Below are positions 23,229 to 35,896 of a stretch of 64,000 bases of DNA, in pieces; the first letter of the stretch is position 1; each line of letters opens with the position of its first letter. The notes beneath the pieces are model-generated. The model made no database searches. It had not been told where the DNA came from and saw only the letters and a list, made by a program, of their open reading frames with translations. A program made the position numbers and the translations under genes. The stretch is from Octopus vulgaris. Taxonomy: Eukaryota. The DNA lies in the NCBI GenBank assembly GCA_951406725.2, contig OX597814.1, positions 992,001 to 1,056,000 on the forward strand, given 5' to 3'.

Positions 23229-24814
23229 CTCAGAAAATTAGAATATTAGTCAAAAAGCCGTAGTATTTGTTGACACCTAAGTGAATACATGAACATTCCT
23301 TTTATATCCTGTCCCACTTAATCTAAACCAGTCTCTCCTCAGTAATTTGCTGATGTATGCTGCTTAAGTTTATGGCTTTCTCATTGGGGGTCACATGCCT
23401 TATCTTCCTCATACACAGCCCCGCCTCTGTCTTCCCCAACCGCTCCTGTTACCAACCCAATTGCATGTCACCACTCTTTCTTTGTTCCGTTTACTGTAAC
23501 AGCCTTTCTATTCTGCTGCTCTACACCACCAGGCATTCCATACTCCCCCCCCCCCACTCATTCCTACCCACCTCTGACACCACATCACCCCCTTTTTTTT
23601 CTTCACCCCTTTCCAGCTCCACCTGTCCCCTCCACTGTCTAAAATGCGAGTAGCCATGTAACTCCTCTGCAGCAAGAAACCTGTTCTGTTCCAGCCCTTT
23701 TCTCTCACACCCCACCCTCACCCCTCTCTACTCCTTATTCTCAAAGCATAAAGTTTCTCACCCCACTTGGGGTTCATAGTCTTGCAAGCCATATGACAAC
23801 CTCACTAGTGCTAAGATGAGAACCACTCTCATAGCAACCCTTTCTTTAGAAATGGTGAAGAGTTTAGCAACCTTACTTCACAGAAAAGCTGACATATTAC
23901 TGGAAGAGTCCAAGAATGGCACCATATCCACAACAGCCTAGAATGGAAATTAATAAGATATTCATTGAATAAAAACAACATATAACTGCTGCTTGTTTCA
24001 GACTTTAGACTGTGGCCATCCTGGGGCACTGCCTTGAAGAATTTTTAGTTGAATGAATGGACCTCAGTACTACTTTTTTTTTTTTAAAGCCTGGTATTTA
24101 TTCTGTCAGTCTCCTTTTGCTAAACCACTAAGTTACGGGAAGGTAAATACACCACACTGGTTGTCAAGCGATGGTGACACACACAACAGGCTTCTATCAG
24201 TTTCCGTCTACCAAATCCACTCCTGAATCTTTGGTGGGCCCAAGGTGCCACATGGTGGGACTGAACCCAAAGCCATGTGGCTGGGAAGCAAGCTTCTTAC
24301 CACACAGCCACACCTGCGCCCATATTTGAAGTGTTTTGTCTAATTTCTAACGAATCAAGTCCGTTATCATCCTTAAAAGGTGGCAAAGTTCTGGTAACAT
24401 TCAGAGATTTTTCTTACTTTTAGCCTGTTTGTTTGTTTCCCCTTCTCGTTTACGACATTGACCTCATCGTCTGCCCTTCTCCCTCTACACTCTTCTCTAT
24501 ATTTCTTCCTTCACAGCCTTTGGTCATATGCACACATGCATATACATCATGTGCACACCTAGACTGACTCATACACACACACACACACATGCTACACACC
24601 CAAACTAATGTCACCTTAGCTGTGTCTATTGTTTCCACAGTTGGTGTTTTGTCCCAGATCAGTCCTTTTCATTTTAACACAGTAACATATGATTTGGCTG
24701 TTGTTTATTGCATGTCAATAGCTGTCCTCTCAGATATGTGAGCAGTTCTCTAATGTAGATCTAGGATACATTATTTGCATTTGACCGATATTTGTCCTCA
24801 TCTTGTTTGTTGTT

Positions 24815-24860
24815 AACACAACGTTTCGGCTGATATACCCACCAGCCTTCATCAGGTGTC
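24815..24860 (-). ncRNA. Minimal type I hammerhead motif, intact core
   Basis: Reverse complement reads GACAC-CTGATGA-A-GGCTG-loop-CAGCC-GAAAC-GTT-GTGTT. Confidence 0.75.
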
Positions 24861-25064
24861 TTGGGGAAATTTCAAACCTGAATAATAATAATAATAACAT
24901 CAAAAAATACCTTAGGAACGTTTAGGGCATATGGTGTAGTGGTTAAGAGCACGGGCTACTAACCCCAAGATTCTGAGTTCGATTCCAAGCAGTGACCTGA
25001 ACAATAATAATAATAAGAAGAATAATAACATTGAAATGAGAACCCAGGTTCAAAATTTCCCCAA

Positions 25065-25110
25065 GACACCTGATGAAGGCTGGAGGGTATATCAGCCGAA
25101 ACGTTGTGTT
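25065..25110 (+). ncRNA. Minimal type I hammerhead motif, intact core
   Basis: GACAC-CTGATGA-A-GGCTG-GAGGGTATAT-CAGCC-GAAAC-GTT-GTGTT, with loopless palindromic helix III AACGTT; cut predicted after 25105. Confidence 0.75.
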
Positions 25111-25293
25111 AACAACAATCAAGATGAGGACAGATATCCGTCAAATGTAAATAATGTAAATAATGTAAATAATTCCTCATCTCTTAAATATAGAACTGCA
25201 GAGAATAAGATGTTTGTGTCCCAAGATATGAAAGCAGTATTGTAATGTTGTTTTAAGATGTTTCTCTATACATAAGTGCCCTGTATAATCTAT

Positions 25294-25674
25294 GTGGAGG
25301 CGCAATGGCCCAATGGTTAGGACAGCAGACTCATGGTCGTAGGATCGTGGTTTCGATTCCCAGACCAGGCATTGTGAGTGTTTATTGAGCGAAAACAGCT
25401 AAAGCTTCACGAGGTTCCAGCAGGGGGTGGTGGCGAACCCTGCTGTACTCCTTTACCACAACTTTCTCTCATTCTTTCTTCCTGTTTCTGTTGTACCTGT
25501 ATTTCAAAGGGGCCAGCCTTGTCACACTCTGTGTCATGCTGAATCTCCCCGAGAACTACGTTAAGGGTACACGTGTCTGTGGAGTGCTCAGCCACTTGCA
25601 CATTAATTTCACGAGCAGGCTGTTCCGTTGATCGGATCAAGTGGAACCCTTGTCATTGCAACTGACAGAGTACC
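25294..25674 (+). mobile_element. tRNA-derived SINE family C
   Basis: A and B boxes; homologous to 18059-18418. Confidence 0.85.
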
Positions 25675-26003
25675 ATGATATAATCTTTACAGTTGTCACC
25701 TACTCTTCCCTTCTTATTCACTCAATGCTTTATATTTACCTCTTCACCCATTCCCCAATTTCTCACTCTCCCATTCACTTTTGCAACCTCTACCTACCCA
25801 CACTCCTAGTTCTTCTGCACCCCACTACACACATTTCTATTTACCTCTTACCTTGAGGGTCCACAAAGACACCTCATTGCTACTATGTTATCTCTTTCCC
25901 ACTCCACCCCTATCATTCCTCACTCTCTCTTCAAAAATGTAAGTAGCCATATTACCCCTCTACAGCAAGAAACCTTTTCTGCTCTGGACCTTTCTTTCAA
26001 TCT

Positions 26004-26473
26004 TTAACCCTTTTGTTACTGTATTAATTTTGAGATGTTCTGTGTTTCTTTCAATTACTTTAAATATAACAAAGAATTTAGTAAAATAACTTAGTTATCA
26101 TTAAACTAGTGTTAAGAACATAAATTGGGACTAAGGTTTAGTGGAAGATTTTCATTCAAAACTTTTGGAAACAAGACATTTGTACTACAGAGCCAGAGGT
26201 GGTTTCAGCCAGGTTGGTATGAAAAGAGTTTAATTAATCATTTGTTAACCCTTTTGTTACTGTATTAATTTTGAGATGTTCTGTGTTTCTTTCAATTACT
26301 TTAAATATAACAAAGAATTTAGTAAAATAACTTGGTTATCAGTAAGTTAGTGTTAGGAACATAAATTGTGACTAAGGTTTGGTGGAAGATTTTAATTCAA
26401 AACTTATGGAAACAAGGCATTTGTACTACAGAGCCAGAGGCAGTTTCAGCTGGGTTGGTATCGAAAGGGTTAA
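26004..26473. mobile_element. Two tandem piggyBac-type MITEs of a second family
   Basis: TTAACCCTTTTG..AAAGGGTTAA units at 26004-26233 and 26245-26473; relatives near 27590 and 30790-30944. Confidence 0.8.
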
Positions 26474-26877
26474 ACCTCTCTTCCCCCAGCTAAAAGCTCA
26501 CTCACTTGGGTTCTTAGTCTTGCTAGCTGCATGGCAACCTCACTAGTGCTGGTGCTACAAAACAAACCACTTAGTACATGCTGTGAAGTAGCAGGCATTA
26601 GGAAGAGAATCCAGGTGTAGGAGCCATGTCAAGATAGACAGTGGAGCACAACACACTTAGTCATGTGATCTAAATGTAATCCAGTCAGGTGGGGAGGAAC
26701 AAATTAATAAGACCCCTTAGTGACGTATTTGGTCATAATACCACACTGTACAGTCTCACTTCTAAGAATGTCACACATTTGGACTTGGCAGCAGATGTTT
26801 CTACTGACCTAACTGGATTTTATTTCTGAAAATATTACATACTTGGACCTAGCAAAAGATCTTTCCAATGACCTAAC

Positions 26878-27180
26878 TGTTTTTGTTTGTTCCTTCTTGA
26901 GCTATGCCAGGCTCATAAGGGCCGGTTTCCTGGTTTCTTGGCGTACAGGTTCCCCACTTGGACGGGATCGCCGGTCCATCGCAGGTGAGCTGCAAGAGGA
27001 AAGAGTGGGAGAAAGTTGTGGCGAAAGAGTCAGCAGAATTTTCACCATTACATTCTGCCGGAGCCGGGTGGAGCTTAGGTGTTTCGCCCATAAACACACA
27101 CATCGTCCGGTCTGAGATTCGAACCCGCGATCCCTCGACCACGAGTCTGCTGCTCTAACCACTAGGCCATGTGCCTCCAC
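26878..27180 (-). mobile_element. tRNA-derived SINE with a family C-like head and a different body
   Basis: TGGCCTAGTGG / GGTTCGAATCT boxes and flanking duplication CAATGACCTAACTG. Confidence 0.8.
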
Positions 27181-27731
27181 AATGACCTAACTGGAATCAT
27201 AGAAAACAGCCTGTTACATTCAATGCCTCCATAAAATATTGGTGGTTTCCTTCATCTTAATATTGTTATTGGTTGTTTTATTACCATCTCCTCATTTTAT
27301 TTCGTTTTATTGGTGGTTTATTATTGTTGCCTCAGTTGCCATCTTTTATTGCAGACATTTCTTTTTATCAGTTCTATTTATTACCATCTCATCATATTTC
27401 ATTTAAATATTTTAACAACTATTTTACTGCCCGGCTTATTTTTTATTTGCTGTCTTCAACATGTCTGTATAAACAGATGTTTTATGGCATTAACGCCACT
27501 CCAACCTTTTCTGTAACCCTTTGCCTAGAAGTGGGCCTTCTTTGAGATGAGTTCCAGTAATGGTAAAAAAAAAAAAATCTTGTTTGGGTAAACCCTTTTG
27601 TTATCATGTTTCATTTATTTTGAAAATAATGAAGAATTTTGGAAAATAATTTTGTCATTAGTAAGCTGATGTTTGGAACCAAAATAAATATGGAATTTTG
27701 ATGGGAGATTTTAATTGAGATCCCTTTAAAG

Positions 27732-28265
27732 CAGAGGTCAGAAACCTTTTTTAATCAATTACCCCAAAATATATTTATTTATGCCACTGTTACTCCCGTG
27801 ATTTGAAAGGAAGAAAATCATAAATCATAGATTCTTTGAATTCAAAAAGAGGATACAATTATAAATATAAAATAAATTAATATCCTCATTATGAAACAAA
27901 TGGTTTTTCTAGAAACTTTTTTTTACTTCAGGGTTTGGAGAAATGTTGTTTCATTTTCGTTACAATTACATCAAAATTGGGACATTTTGATGCCAGAACA
28001 ATTTGGAGACAGTCTTCAGGGTCCGATCGATTACTCTGTTTTGTTTTTATGTTCATTAGAGTGGAAAATCCTTGATTCCAAAGGTAGGTTGTTGCAAAAG
28101 TCAGCAACTTTTTGACTGCCTCCTCTTAGAAGAAGAAAAGTTTCTGTCATAACAAGGAACACGTTTTTTTTATATAATTTTACTTATGTCTAATGAGTCC
28201 TCATTACCTGGAAGAATTTCATTTTTACCCCACTTGGGGCAATTTATCTTGGGTCACTGACCCTG
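27732..28265. mobile_element. hAT (Charlie/Buster-type) non-autonomous element nested in a MITE
   Basis: CAGAGGTCAG ... CTGACCCTG termini and 8 bp TSD CTTTAAAG on both sides. Confidence 0.75.
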
Positions 28266-28756
28266 CTTTAAAGCAAGAAGTTTGTGTCATAGAATCAGGG
28301 CAGCCTCAGGTAGGTTGGTATCAAGTGAATCAAAGATATGTCTCAGAGATATACTTTTAATAGTCAAGACAATAAGCTGTACAAGTTATTGTACATCCAG
28401 GCTAGTCCTGGTTAAGCAGGCTTATGATTAAAGACATTCTAACTATGACCACCTCGTCTTTTTTCAGACCTAGTATATGTAGGACTACAGTAGTCATGCA
28501 TACCTCTTTTTTTTTATCCACTCCTTAACCCTCTAACTTTTAAACCTTCCCTATCCAGCCCAACTATTCTACCTGTTCTATGTTCAAACCAGCCAGATTT
28601 GGCCTCTTACACCTACCCAGCAATGTCGTTCTAAAAGTAAACAACCTCATCATCAAGATCTTGAAGCTATGAGATAAAGCATGACTAATTCAAAACAATA
28701 TGAATAAATAAGCATTACATTTGACAGAGTAACCCCTGAATGCTAAAGGGTTCAAC

Positions 28757-29037
28757 CAGTGGTTCCCAAAGTGGGTGGTGGAAAGATCCGGGGGTGGGGT
28801 GGGGGCCGTTGAAGAAAAAATGGGGCAATAATGGAGTGACCAAAACGGGGCAGTGGATGTTAAAAACAAACAAACAAAATAAAGGGTTAAGTTTTATTTG
28901 TGAAATTACTGATGTTTTGAATTTGCTGCAGAAAATGGTTTCTGTCTGTGCTGGTGAGTCGTGGAGGGGGAGGGGCCTCTAGGAATGTGGCCTTAGAACC
29001 AAGGGGGTGGCAGCCTGGAAAAGTTTGGGAACCACTG
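28757..29037. mobile_element. hAT-type MITE
   Basis: TIR CAGTGGTTCCCAAA / TTTGGGAACCACTG and 8 bp TSD GGTTCAAC / GGTTAAAC. Confidence 0.8.
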
Positions 29038-29419
29038 GGTTAAACGATGAGATATGGTTTCATGAAAGTTTGGCTGTTGTCTACTTCTTGCAATTCCCGT
29101 ATCCATATCTAGAAGATTCTTTACTGGGTGTCTGAGCCATATTGGTTCGGTGGTGGGTTGGATGAGTTGTGTGGATATTTCATCTTTCTCTTCTTTTTTG
29201 TTTTTGTTTTTCCTCAGGCTTCCATGTTTCAAGTTTCCAATATCTTTCTTAAGCAAGTTCCTCTGTAGAAACGTCCATCACAACATTTCATTGCCAGGCA
29301 TCTGAAATAAAACATATGATTTAAACTCCTGTTTTATATTTCAGAGATGCAGGAAATAACTACTGCATCGCTTACATGGGTCGTAAATTACTACAGTTTC
29401 CTGGGTGTTCTTGTTGTTG

Positions 29420-29610
29420 TTGTATTCTTCTTCTTCTTCTTCTTCTTCTTCTCCTTCTTCCCCCTCCTTCTTCTTCTTCTTCTTCTTCTTCTTCTTCTTC
29501 TTCTTCTCCCCCTCCCCCTCCCCCATCCTCCCCTCCTCCTTCTTCTTCTTCTTCTCCCCCTCCCCTCCTCCTCCTTCTCCCCCTCCTTCTTCTTCTTCTT
29601 CTTCTTCTAT
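29420..29610. repeat. (TTC)n/(TCC)n polypyrimidine microsatellite
   Basis: Direct inspection. Confidence 0.95.
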
Positions 29611-29635
29611 ATATATATATACACACACATATACA

Positions 29636-29999
29636 GGTGTAGGCATGGCTGTGTAGTAAGAAGTTTGCTTCCCAACCACGTGGTTCCGGGTTCAGTCCCA
29701 CTGTGTGGTACCTTGGGCAAGTGTCTTCTACTACAGTTTTGGGCCGACCAAAGCCTTGTGAGTGGATTTGGTAGATGGAAACTGAAAGAAGCCTGTCATA
29801 TATATATTTGTGTGTCTGTGTTTGTCCCCGCACCATCGCTTGACAACTAATGCTGGTGTGTTTACATTCCTGTAACTTAGCAGTTCGGCAAAAGAGACTG
29901 ATAGAATAAGTACTAAGGCTTACAAAGAATAAGTCCTGGGGTCAATTTGTTTGACTAAAAGTGGTGCTCCAGCATGGCCGCAGTCAAATGACTAAAAGA
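29636..29999 (+). mobile_element. SINE family A
   Basis: Homologous to 1194-1606. Confidence 0.85.
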
Positions 30000-31076
30000 C
30001 TGTACACACACACACGTACTCGCATTTTGAGTTTTGTTAATAATGAGAAAATGGAAATGTTGTTTAGTCCCTGGTCAGCCCAGAGCCTTTCTAGCCATGA
30101 CCATCATGTCTTTTCAGAAATAGTGTCAAACATAAATGCAGGTATGGCTGTGTGGTTTAGAAGTTCATTTCAGAACCACATGGCTTTGAGTTCATCCCAC
30201 TACATGGTACCTTGGGCAAGTATCTTCAACGGCACCCGTGTCAGTGGCTCCAGCATGGCCACCATATAATGGTTGAAACTAGTAAAAGAATTTACGAATA
30301 CATGAATAGTTAATCTACAAATACATTTTCCAGTGTAGACATCTTCGTTTCTACTCTTTTAAAGACACTGGCGTGTAATTTGAGAGACTTTGGCTTCTAT
30401 TTCTAGCATGCAGAGCAAAAAGGTTAGTCAGCTCAGACAAGTGAGTGTTGCTTTAATAGGTGTAGGCTTTTGGTATGTTTGATAAGAAACAGTCTTTTAT
30501 TGGTGCTGACAAAGCTAACGGTGTCAGGGGTGGGGAGCGTTCAGACATTCTAGATAAGATTACAGCTGCTGACAGCAACCAGTGTTGGACACTTTACTAT
30601 TTCCATTTCAAACTGCCTAGCCTCTTCTTCTTCTTCATCATTTTTATGTCTACTTTTCCATGTTGTCATGGGTCAGGGGGAATTCATTGAGGTAGGTTTT
30701 TTTTCTTTTTTTTTGTATGACCAGAGGCCCTTTCTGTTACAAACCTTCACCTGGTTCCAAGTAAGGTAATATGTTCCCATGGCCAAAGAATTTAGTAAAA
30801 TAATTTAGTTATCATTCAGCTAGTTTTAGGAATGTAAATTGTGACTAAGGTTGGTGGAAGATTTTAATTCAGAACTTATGAAAACAAGGCATTTGTACTA
30901 CAGAGCCAGAGGCGGTTTCAGCCGGGTTTGTAACGTAAGGGTTAATAAAACTGCTAAGGTCTCTAATAACAATATACCTTTCTTATCTTGACGCCAAAGC
31001 AGTAATTTTAAGGATCAGGGAAGTTGATTACATCACCCCCAGTGCTCCACTGGTACTTATTTTATAAACCTTGTCA

Positions 31077-31482
31077 GGCATAAGAGTGGCTGAGTGGTTA
31101 GTAGCTTGTTTCCCAACCACATGGTTCTGGGTTCAGTCCCACTGCGTGGCACCTTGGGCAAGTGTCTTCTTCTATAGTCTGGGACCAACCAAAACCTTGT
31201 GAGTGGATTTGGTAGACGGAAACTGAAAGAAGCCTTTTGTATATATATATATGTGTGTGTGTGTGCATACGTCTATGTTTCCCCCCCAAAAAAAACATCG
31301 CTTAACAACCGATGCTGGTGTGTTTATGTTCCCGTAACTTAGCAGTCTGGGAAAAGAGACCGATAGAATAAATACTAGGCGTACAAAGAATAAGTCCTGG
31401 GGTCGATTTGCTCGACTAAAGGTGGTGCTGCAGCATGGCCGCAGTCAAATAGCTGAATTAAGTAAAAGAATAAAAGAATAAA
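31077..31482 (+). mobile_element. SINE family A
   Basis: Homologous to 1194-1606. Confidence 0.85.
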
Positions 31483-32028
31483 ATGTAAAGCAGAGTCAAC
31501 CTTGACAGAATTTGAACTCAGAACGTTATGATCCGCAATGTTAGAAGCTCTTTCATTCGTTTGTCCTCCACATGTAGCTTGATGAGGTTTCTTTTAATGA
31601 GTTTCTGTGTGCATACAATCTTTTGACATGTGTCTACCTGTGATATCTTATTACAAGACACACATCGTGTCTTGCAATTCTAATTTATTTATTATGGCCA
31701 TCAAGTGGTCAGACATCATTATTCTCCGTTATTGGCTACGTTTATAATTTATTGACTGTGAAGACTAATTAGTAATTAGCAGCTGTAGCGATTACACTAC
31801 ATCCACACTACACTGCATCCATGCCACGCAGTGTCATGTTGCACCATACCCACACCTGTACTGCGTCAATACTTCCCTGACCCCCCTCACGCCACACTCT
31901 ACTCAAGCTACGACTAACTCTTCATTGTCACTCGGTCAGTTGCGATGACAAGGGTTCCACTTGATCCAATCAATGAAACAACCTTCTCATGGAATTAACA
32001 GGCAAGTGGGCTGAGCCCTCCACAGACT

Positions 32029-35000
32029 CTCATCATCATCATCATCGTCGTTTAGCGTCCGTTTTCCATGCAAGCATGGGTTGGATGGTTCTACTGGGGT
32101 TTGTGAAGCCAGAAGGCTTCATCAGGCCCAGTCAAATCTGGCAGTGTTTCTACGGCTGGATGCCCTTCCTAACGCCAACCACTCCGTGAGTGTAGTGGGT
32201 GCTTTTTACGTGCCACCCGCACAGGTGCCAGACAGAGCTGGCAAACGGCCATGAACGGATGGTGCTTTTTATGTGCCACCGGCACAAGGGCCAGGCGAGG
32301 CTGGCAACGGACACGAAACGGGGCGGTGCTGGCAACGGTCGCGAAACGGAAGGTTCTCTTACATGCCACCGGCACTGGTAACACATCTGCAATTTCCATT
32401 GATCGATTTCCATTCTGATCCTCACTTGCCTCAACGGGTCTTCACAAGTAGAGTATCGTCATGCCACCGGCACTTGTAACACATCTGCAATTTCCATTGA
32501 TCGATTTCGATTCTGATCCTCACTTGCCTCAACAGGTCTTCACAAGTAGAGTTTTGTGTCCCAAGAAGGGAAGGTATGCATACGTAGGCTGGCTCCATCC
32601 CAAGTAGAAGGCCACGGGTTATGGACTCACTTGTCCTGCCGGGTCTTCTCGCGCACAGCACACTTCCAGAGGACTCGGTCTCTAGTCATTTCCTCAGTGA
32701 GACCTAAAGTTCGAAGGTCGTGCTTCACCACCTCGTCCCAGGTTTTCCTGGGTCTGCCTCTTCCACAGGTTCCCTCAACCGCTAGGGTGTGGCACTTTTT
32801 CACACAACTATCTTCATCCATTCTCGCCACATGACCATACCAGCGCAATCATCTCTCTTGCACACCACAACTGATGCTTCTTAGGTCCAGCTGTTCTCTC
32901 AAGGTACTTACACTCTGTCGATTATGAACACTGACATTACACATCCATCGGAGCATACTGGCTTCATTTCTTGCGAGCTTACGCATATCCTCAGCAGTCA
33001 CAGCCCATGTTTCACTGCCATGTAGCATGGCTGTTCGTACACACGCATCATACAGTCTGCCTTTCACTCTGTGCGAGAGGCCTTTTGTCACCAGCAGAGG
33101 TAAGAGCTCTCTGAACTTTGCCCAAGCTATTCTTACTCTAGCAGTTACACTTTCAGCACACCCACCCCCGCTGCTGACTTGGTCACCTAGGTAACGGAAA
33201 CTATCAACTATTTCTAGTTTTTCTCCCTGGAAAGTGACGGAAGTTGGTCTCAGAGCATTTTCAGTGTTTATTGTTCCTGAGCATCTGCCACATACAAAAA
33301 CCATCTTCCTAGTTAGCCTTCCTTTGACATTGCTGCACCTCTTATGTGTCCATAGCTTACACTTGGTGCATCTTATAGAGTTTCTACCTACACCTTTTCT
33401 ACAGATCGAGCAGGGCCATCTACCTGAAGGCGTTTGTGATTTGTCTACCTTCCTACTGATTACGACTTTGGTTTTAGCTAGATTGACTCTGAGGCCCTTC
33501 GATTCTAATCCTTGTTTCCACACCTGAAACTTCTCCTCCAGTTCTGATAGCGACTCAGCAATTAGAGCAAGGTCATCAGCATAGAGGAGCTCCCAAGGGC
33601 ATCCTGTCTTGAATTCCTCCGTTATTGCCTGGAGGACTATGATAAATAGGAGGGGGCTGAGTACTGAGCCTTGGTGGACCCCTACCTCTACCCGGAATTC
33701 TTCACTGTACTCGTTTCCAACCCTCACCCTACTAGCAGCGTCCCTATACATGGCCCGCACAGCTCTCACTAACCATTCATCTATCCCTAGTTTCCTCATT
33801 GCCCACTAGATAAGGGATCGGGGGACCCTGTCGAAGGCTTTCTCCATGTCAACAAAAGCCAGGTACAGGGGCTTATCTTTGGCTAGGTATTTCTCCTGCA
33901 GCTGCCTTACCAGGAATATAGCATCAGTAGTACTTTTCCCTGGCACAAACCCAAACTGCATCTCATCTAAACTAACTCTCTCTCTAATTAGTTGGGCTAT
34001 GACCCTCTCCGTAACCTTCATCACCTGATCCAACAGCTTGATACCTCTGTAGTTATTTGTATCTAGGGCGTCACCTTTACCTTTGTAGCAGTTGACTATT
34101 ATGCTGCTACACCAGTCATTGGGTATGACTCCTTTGTGTATCACCTGATTAACTATAAGGGTGACTAGGCTATAGCCGACACTACCAGACATTTTGAGCA
34201 TCTCTGCAGTGATTCCTGATGGGCCTGGGGCTTTTCCTGTCTTCATGCTTCTAATTGCCTTAGCTACCACGGAACTATCAACTCGGATAGCTGGTCCCTC
34301 TGTTGGGTCAACATTCGGCAGACTCTCTTTATCCCATTCATTTTCTTTATTCAGCAAACTTTCATAGTGGCATCTCCAAACCTCTCTCTTTGCATCCTCA
34401 TTTAGCGCAAGTGAACCATCTTCCATGCGAACACACTTCTCTCCTACCACATCACGATTCTCTCTCACACACTGTCTTGCAACGCGAAACACCTCCAGTC
34501 TTTGGTCCTCACGGCGCAGAACATTGGCAAATTTTTTCTTATCTGCTTCCCCTCTGGCTAAATAAACCTGTCTCTTAGCTTCTCTTTTGGCAGTCTGATA
34601 CAATTCCCTGCTACCCCCATTTTTCCAGACCTTCCAAGCCTGTCTCTTTTCTCTAATAGCCCTGTCTACAATATTGTTCTACCACCACGTTATTCTAGGT
34701 CGAGAGGGGACTTTGCACCAGCCACAGATCTGGTCAGTGGCTCTCAGCAGGTTGTCCCTTAGAAACGTCCAGCTGTCTTCTACCCCCTGTGATGCTCTAT
34801 CCCCTTCTACTTCGTCAGAGGCTTCAAGTAATATGTCTCTAAATCTCTGTCCATTTGCAGGATCTTTAAGCTTCCAGATCCTTCTTCTCCATATTGGTCG
34901 TCTTCTGGTTGTCCTCCTAGTCCTGATCCTAAAGTCACTAACTACCAGTCTATGTTGTGGGGTACATTCTTCACCTGGGAAGGTTTTGGCATTTATAAGC

Positions 35001-35244
35001 AGCCATCTCTCCCTTTGCCTTGCAAGGATGTAGTCAATTTGGCTGGTATGTTGGCCCGATCAGTAAGTGACTAGGTGGCTGGTAGGTTTCCTGAAGTTAG
35101 TGTTGCAAATCATAAGATTATTTGCATCACAGAACTCCAGCAGCCTGGTTCCCTCCTCGTTTCGGGATCCATAGCCTCCATGTACACCATGGAAGCCCCC
35201 AGCATGTCGTCCAACGTGACCATTGAAGTCACCAGCCACAAAGG
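32029..35244 (-). mobile_element. 5'-truncated RTE-clade non-LTR retrotransposon inserted in a family C-like SINE
   Basis: APE motifs (AGDFNGHVG, QIDYIL, QHRLVVSDF), RT motifs (NYRGIKL, QFGF, AFVDMEKAFDRV, GVHQGSVLSP, YADD, FRYLG), ~600 bp 3' UTR and (GAT)n tail; the SINE continues on both sides (31930-32028, 35245-35465). Confidence 0.95.
32627..35244 (-). pseudogene. RTE endonuclease-reverse transcriptase ORF in a single frame with four premature stops
   Basis: All ORF pieces share one frame; stops at 35060-35062 (TGA), 34679-34681 (TAG), 33806-33808 (TAG) and 32849-32851 (TGA). Confidence 0.9.
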
Positions 35245-35861
35245 GACTACGTGCCCTTAATGTAGTCCTCAGCATGGTTTAACACGGCACAGAATGTGAC
35301 AAGACTGGCTCCTTTGAAATACAGGTAGAACTTATTTTTACCTGCTGAATGGACTGGAGCAGCATGGAATAAAGTGTCTTGCTCAAGGACACAATGTGTC
35401 GGTGGGAATTGAACTCACAACCTTACGATCATGAACTGGACATCCTAACCACTGATCCATGCATCATCAAGTACTCAACTCCGACACTATACTATACCCA
35501 TCCACACCTCACTGCACCACCACTACCACTCCACACCACCACCCATACACTACACTGGATCTATACTGCTGCACTATAAGCCATACTGCAGCACTACATC
35601 AATCTATGATATTTGTGTGTTAGATATGGGCAGGCAAGGCTAATGTAGGCCCCTACGACATCGCCCCCTTCTGGGGAAGAAATATTGAAATAGTTGGTGT
35701 GAACCAGTGAAGAATTTTGTTGAAGAACTAAATTCTTTACTAAAATATTCAGTTTGGGAACTGAAAGCTTTGTGATGAGGACAGAAGTATGGCAATGGAA
35801 ACCTATAAGTTGTTTAACCCGAGGTTAAGACTGGTATAGCAGACCTAATTAATGTTAAGGA

Positions 35862-35894
<33 letters not shown>

Positions 35895-35896
<2 letters not shown>

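Larger units (their letters stand above)
24767..25195 (+). mobile_element. tRNA-headed SINE-like element carrying a hammerhead, with inverted 5' partial copy
   Basis: tRNA-like head 24925-25001 (TGGTGTAGTGG / GAGTTCGATTCC), (TAA)n spacer, body to 25195 and inverted body copy 24767-24880; second copy at 63019-63925. Confidence 0.8.

Noticed and set aside
24925-25001. Possible tRNA gene (also the heads of SINE families A-C)
   Set aside because: A/B boxes are present but there is no closing acceptor stem, and it continues into a repeated body, so it is a SINE head
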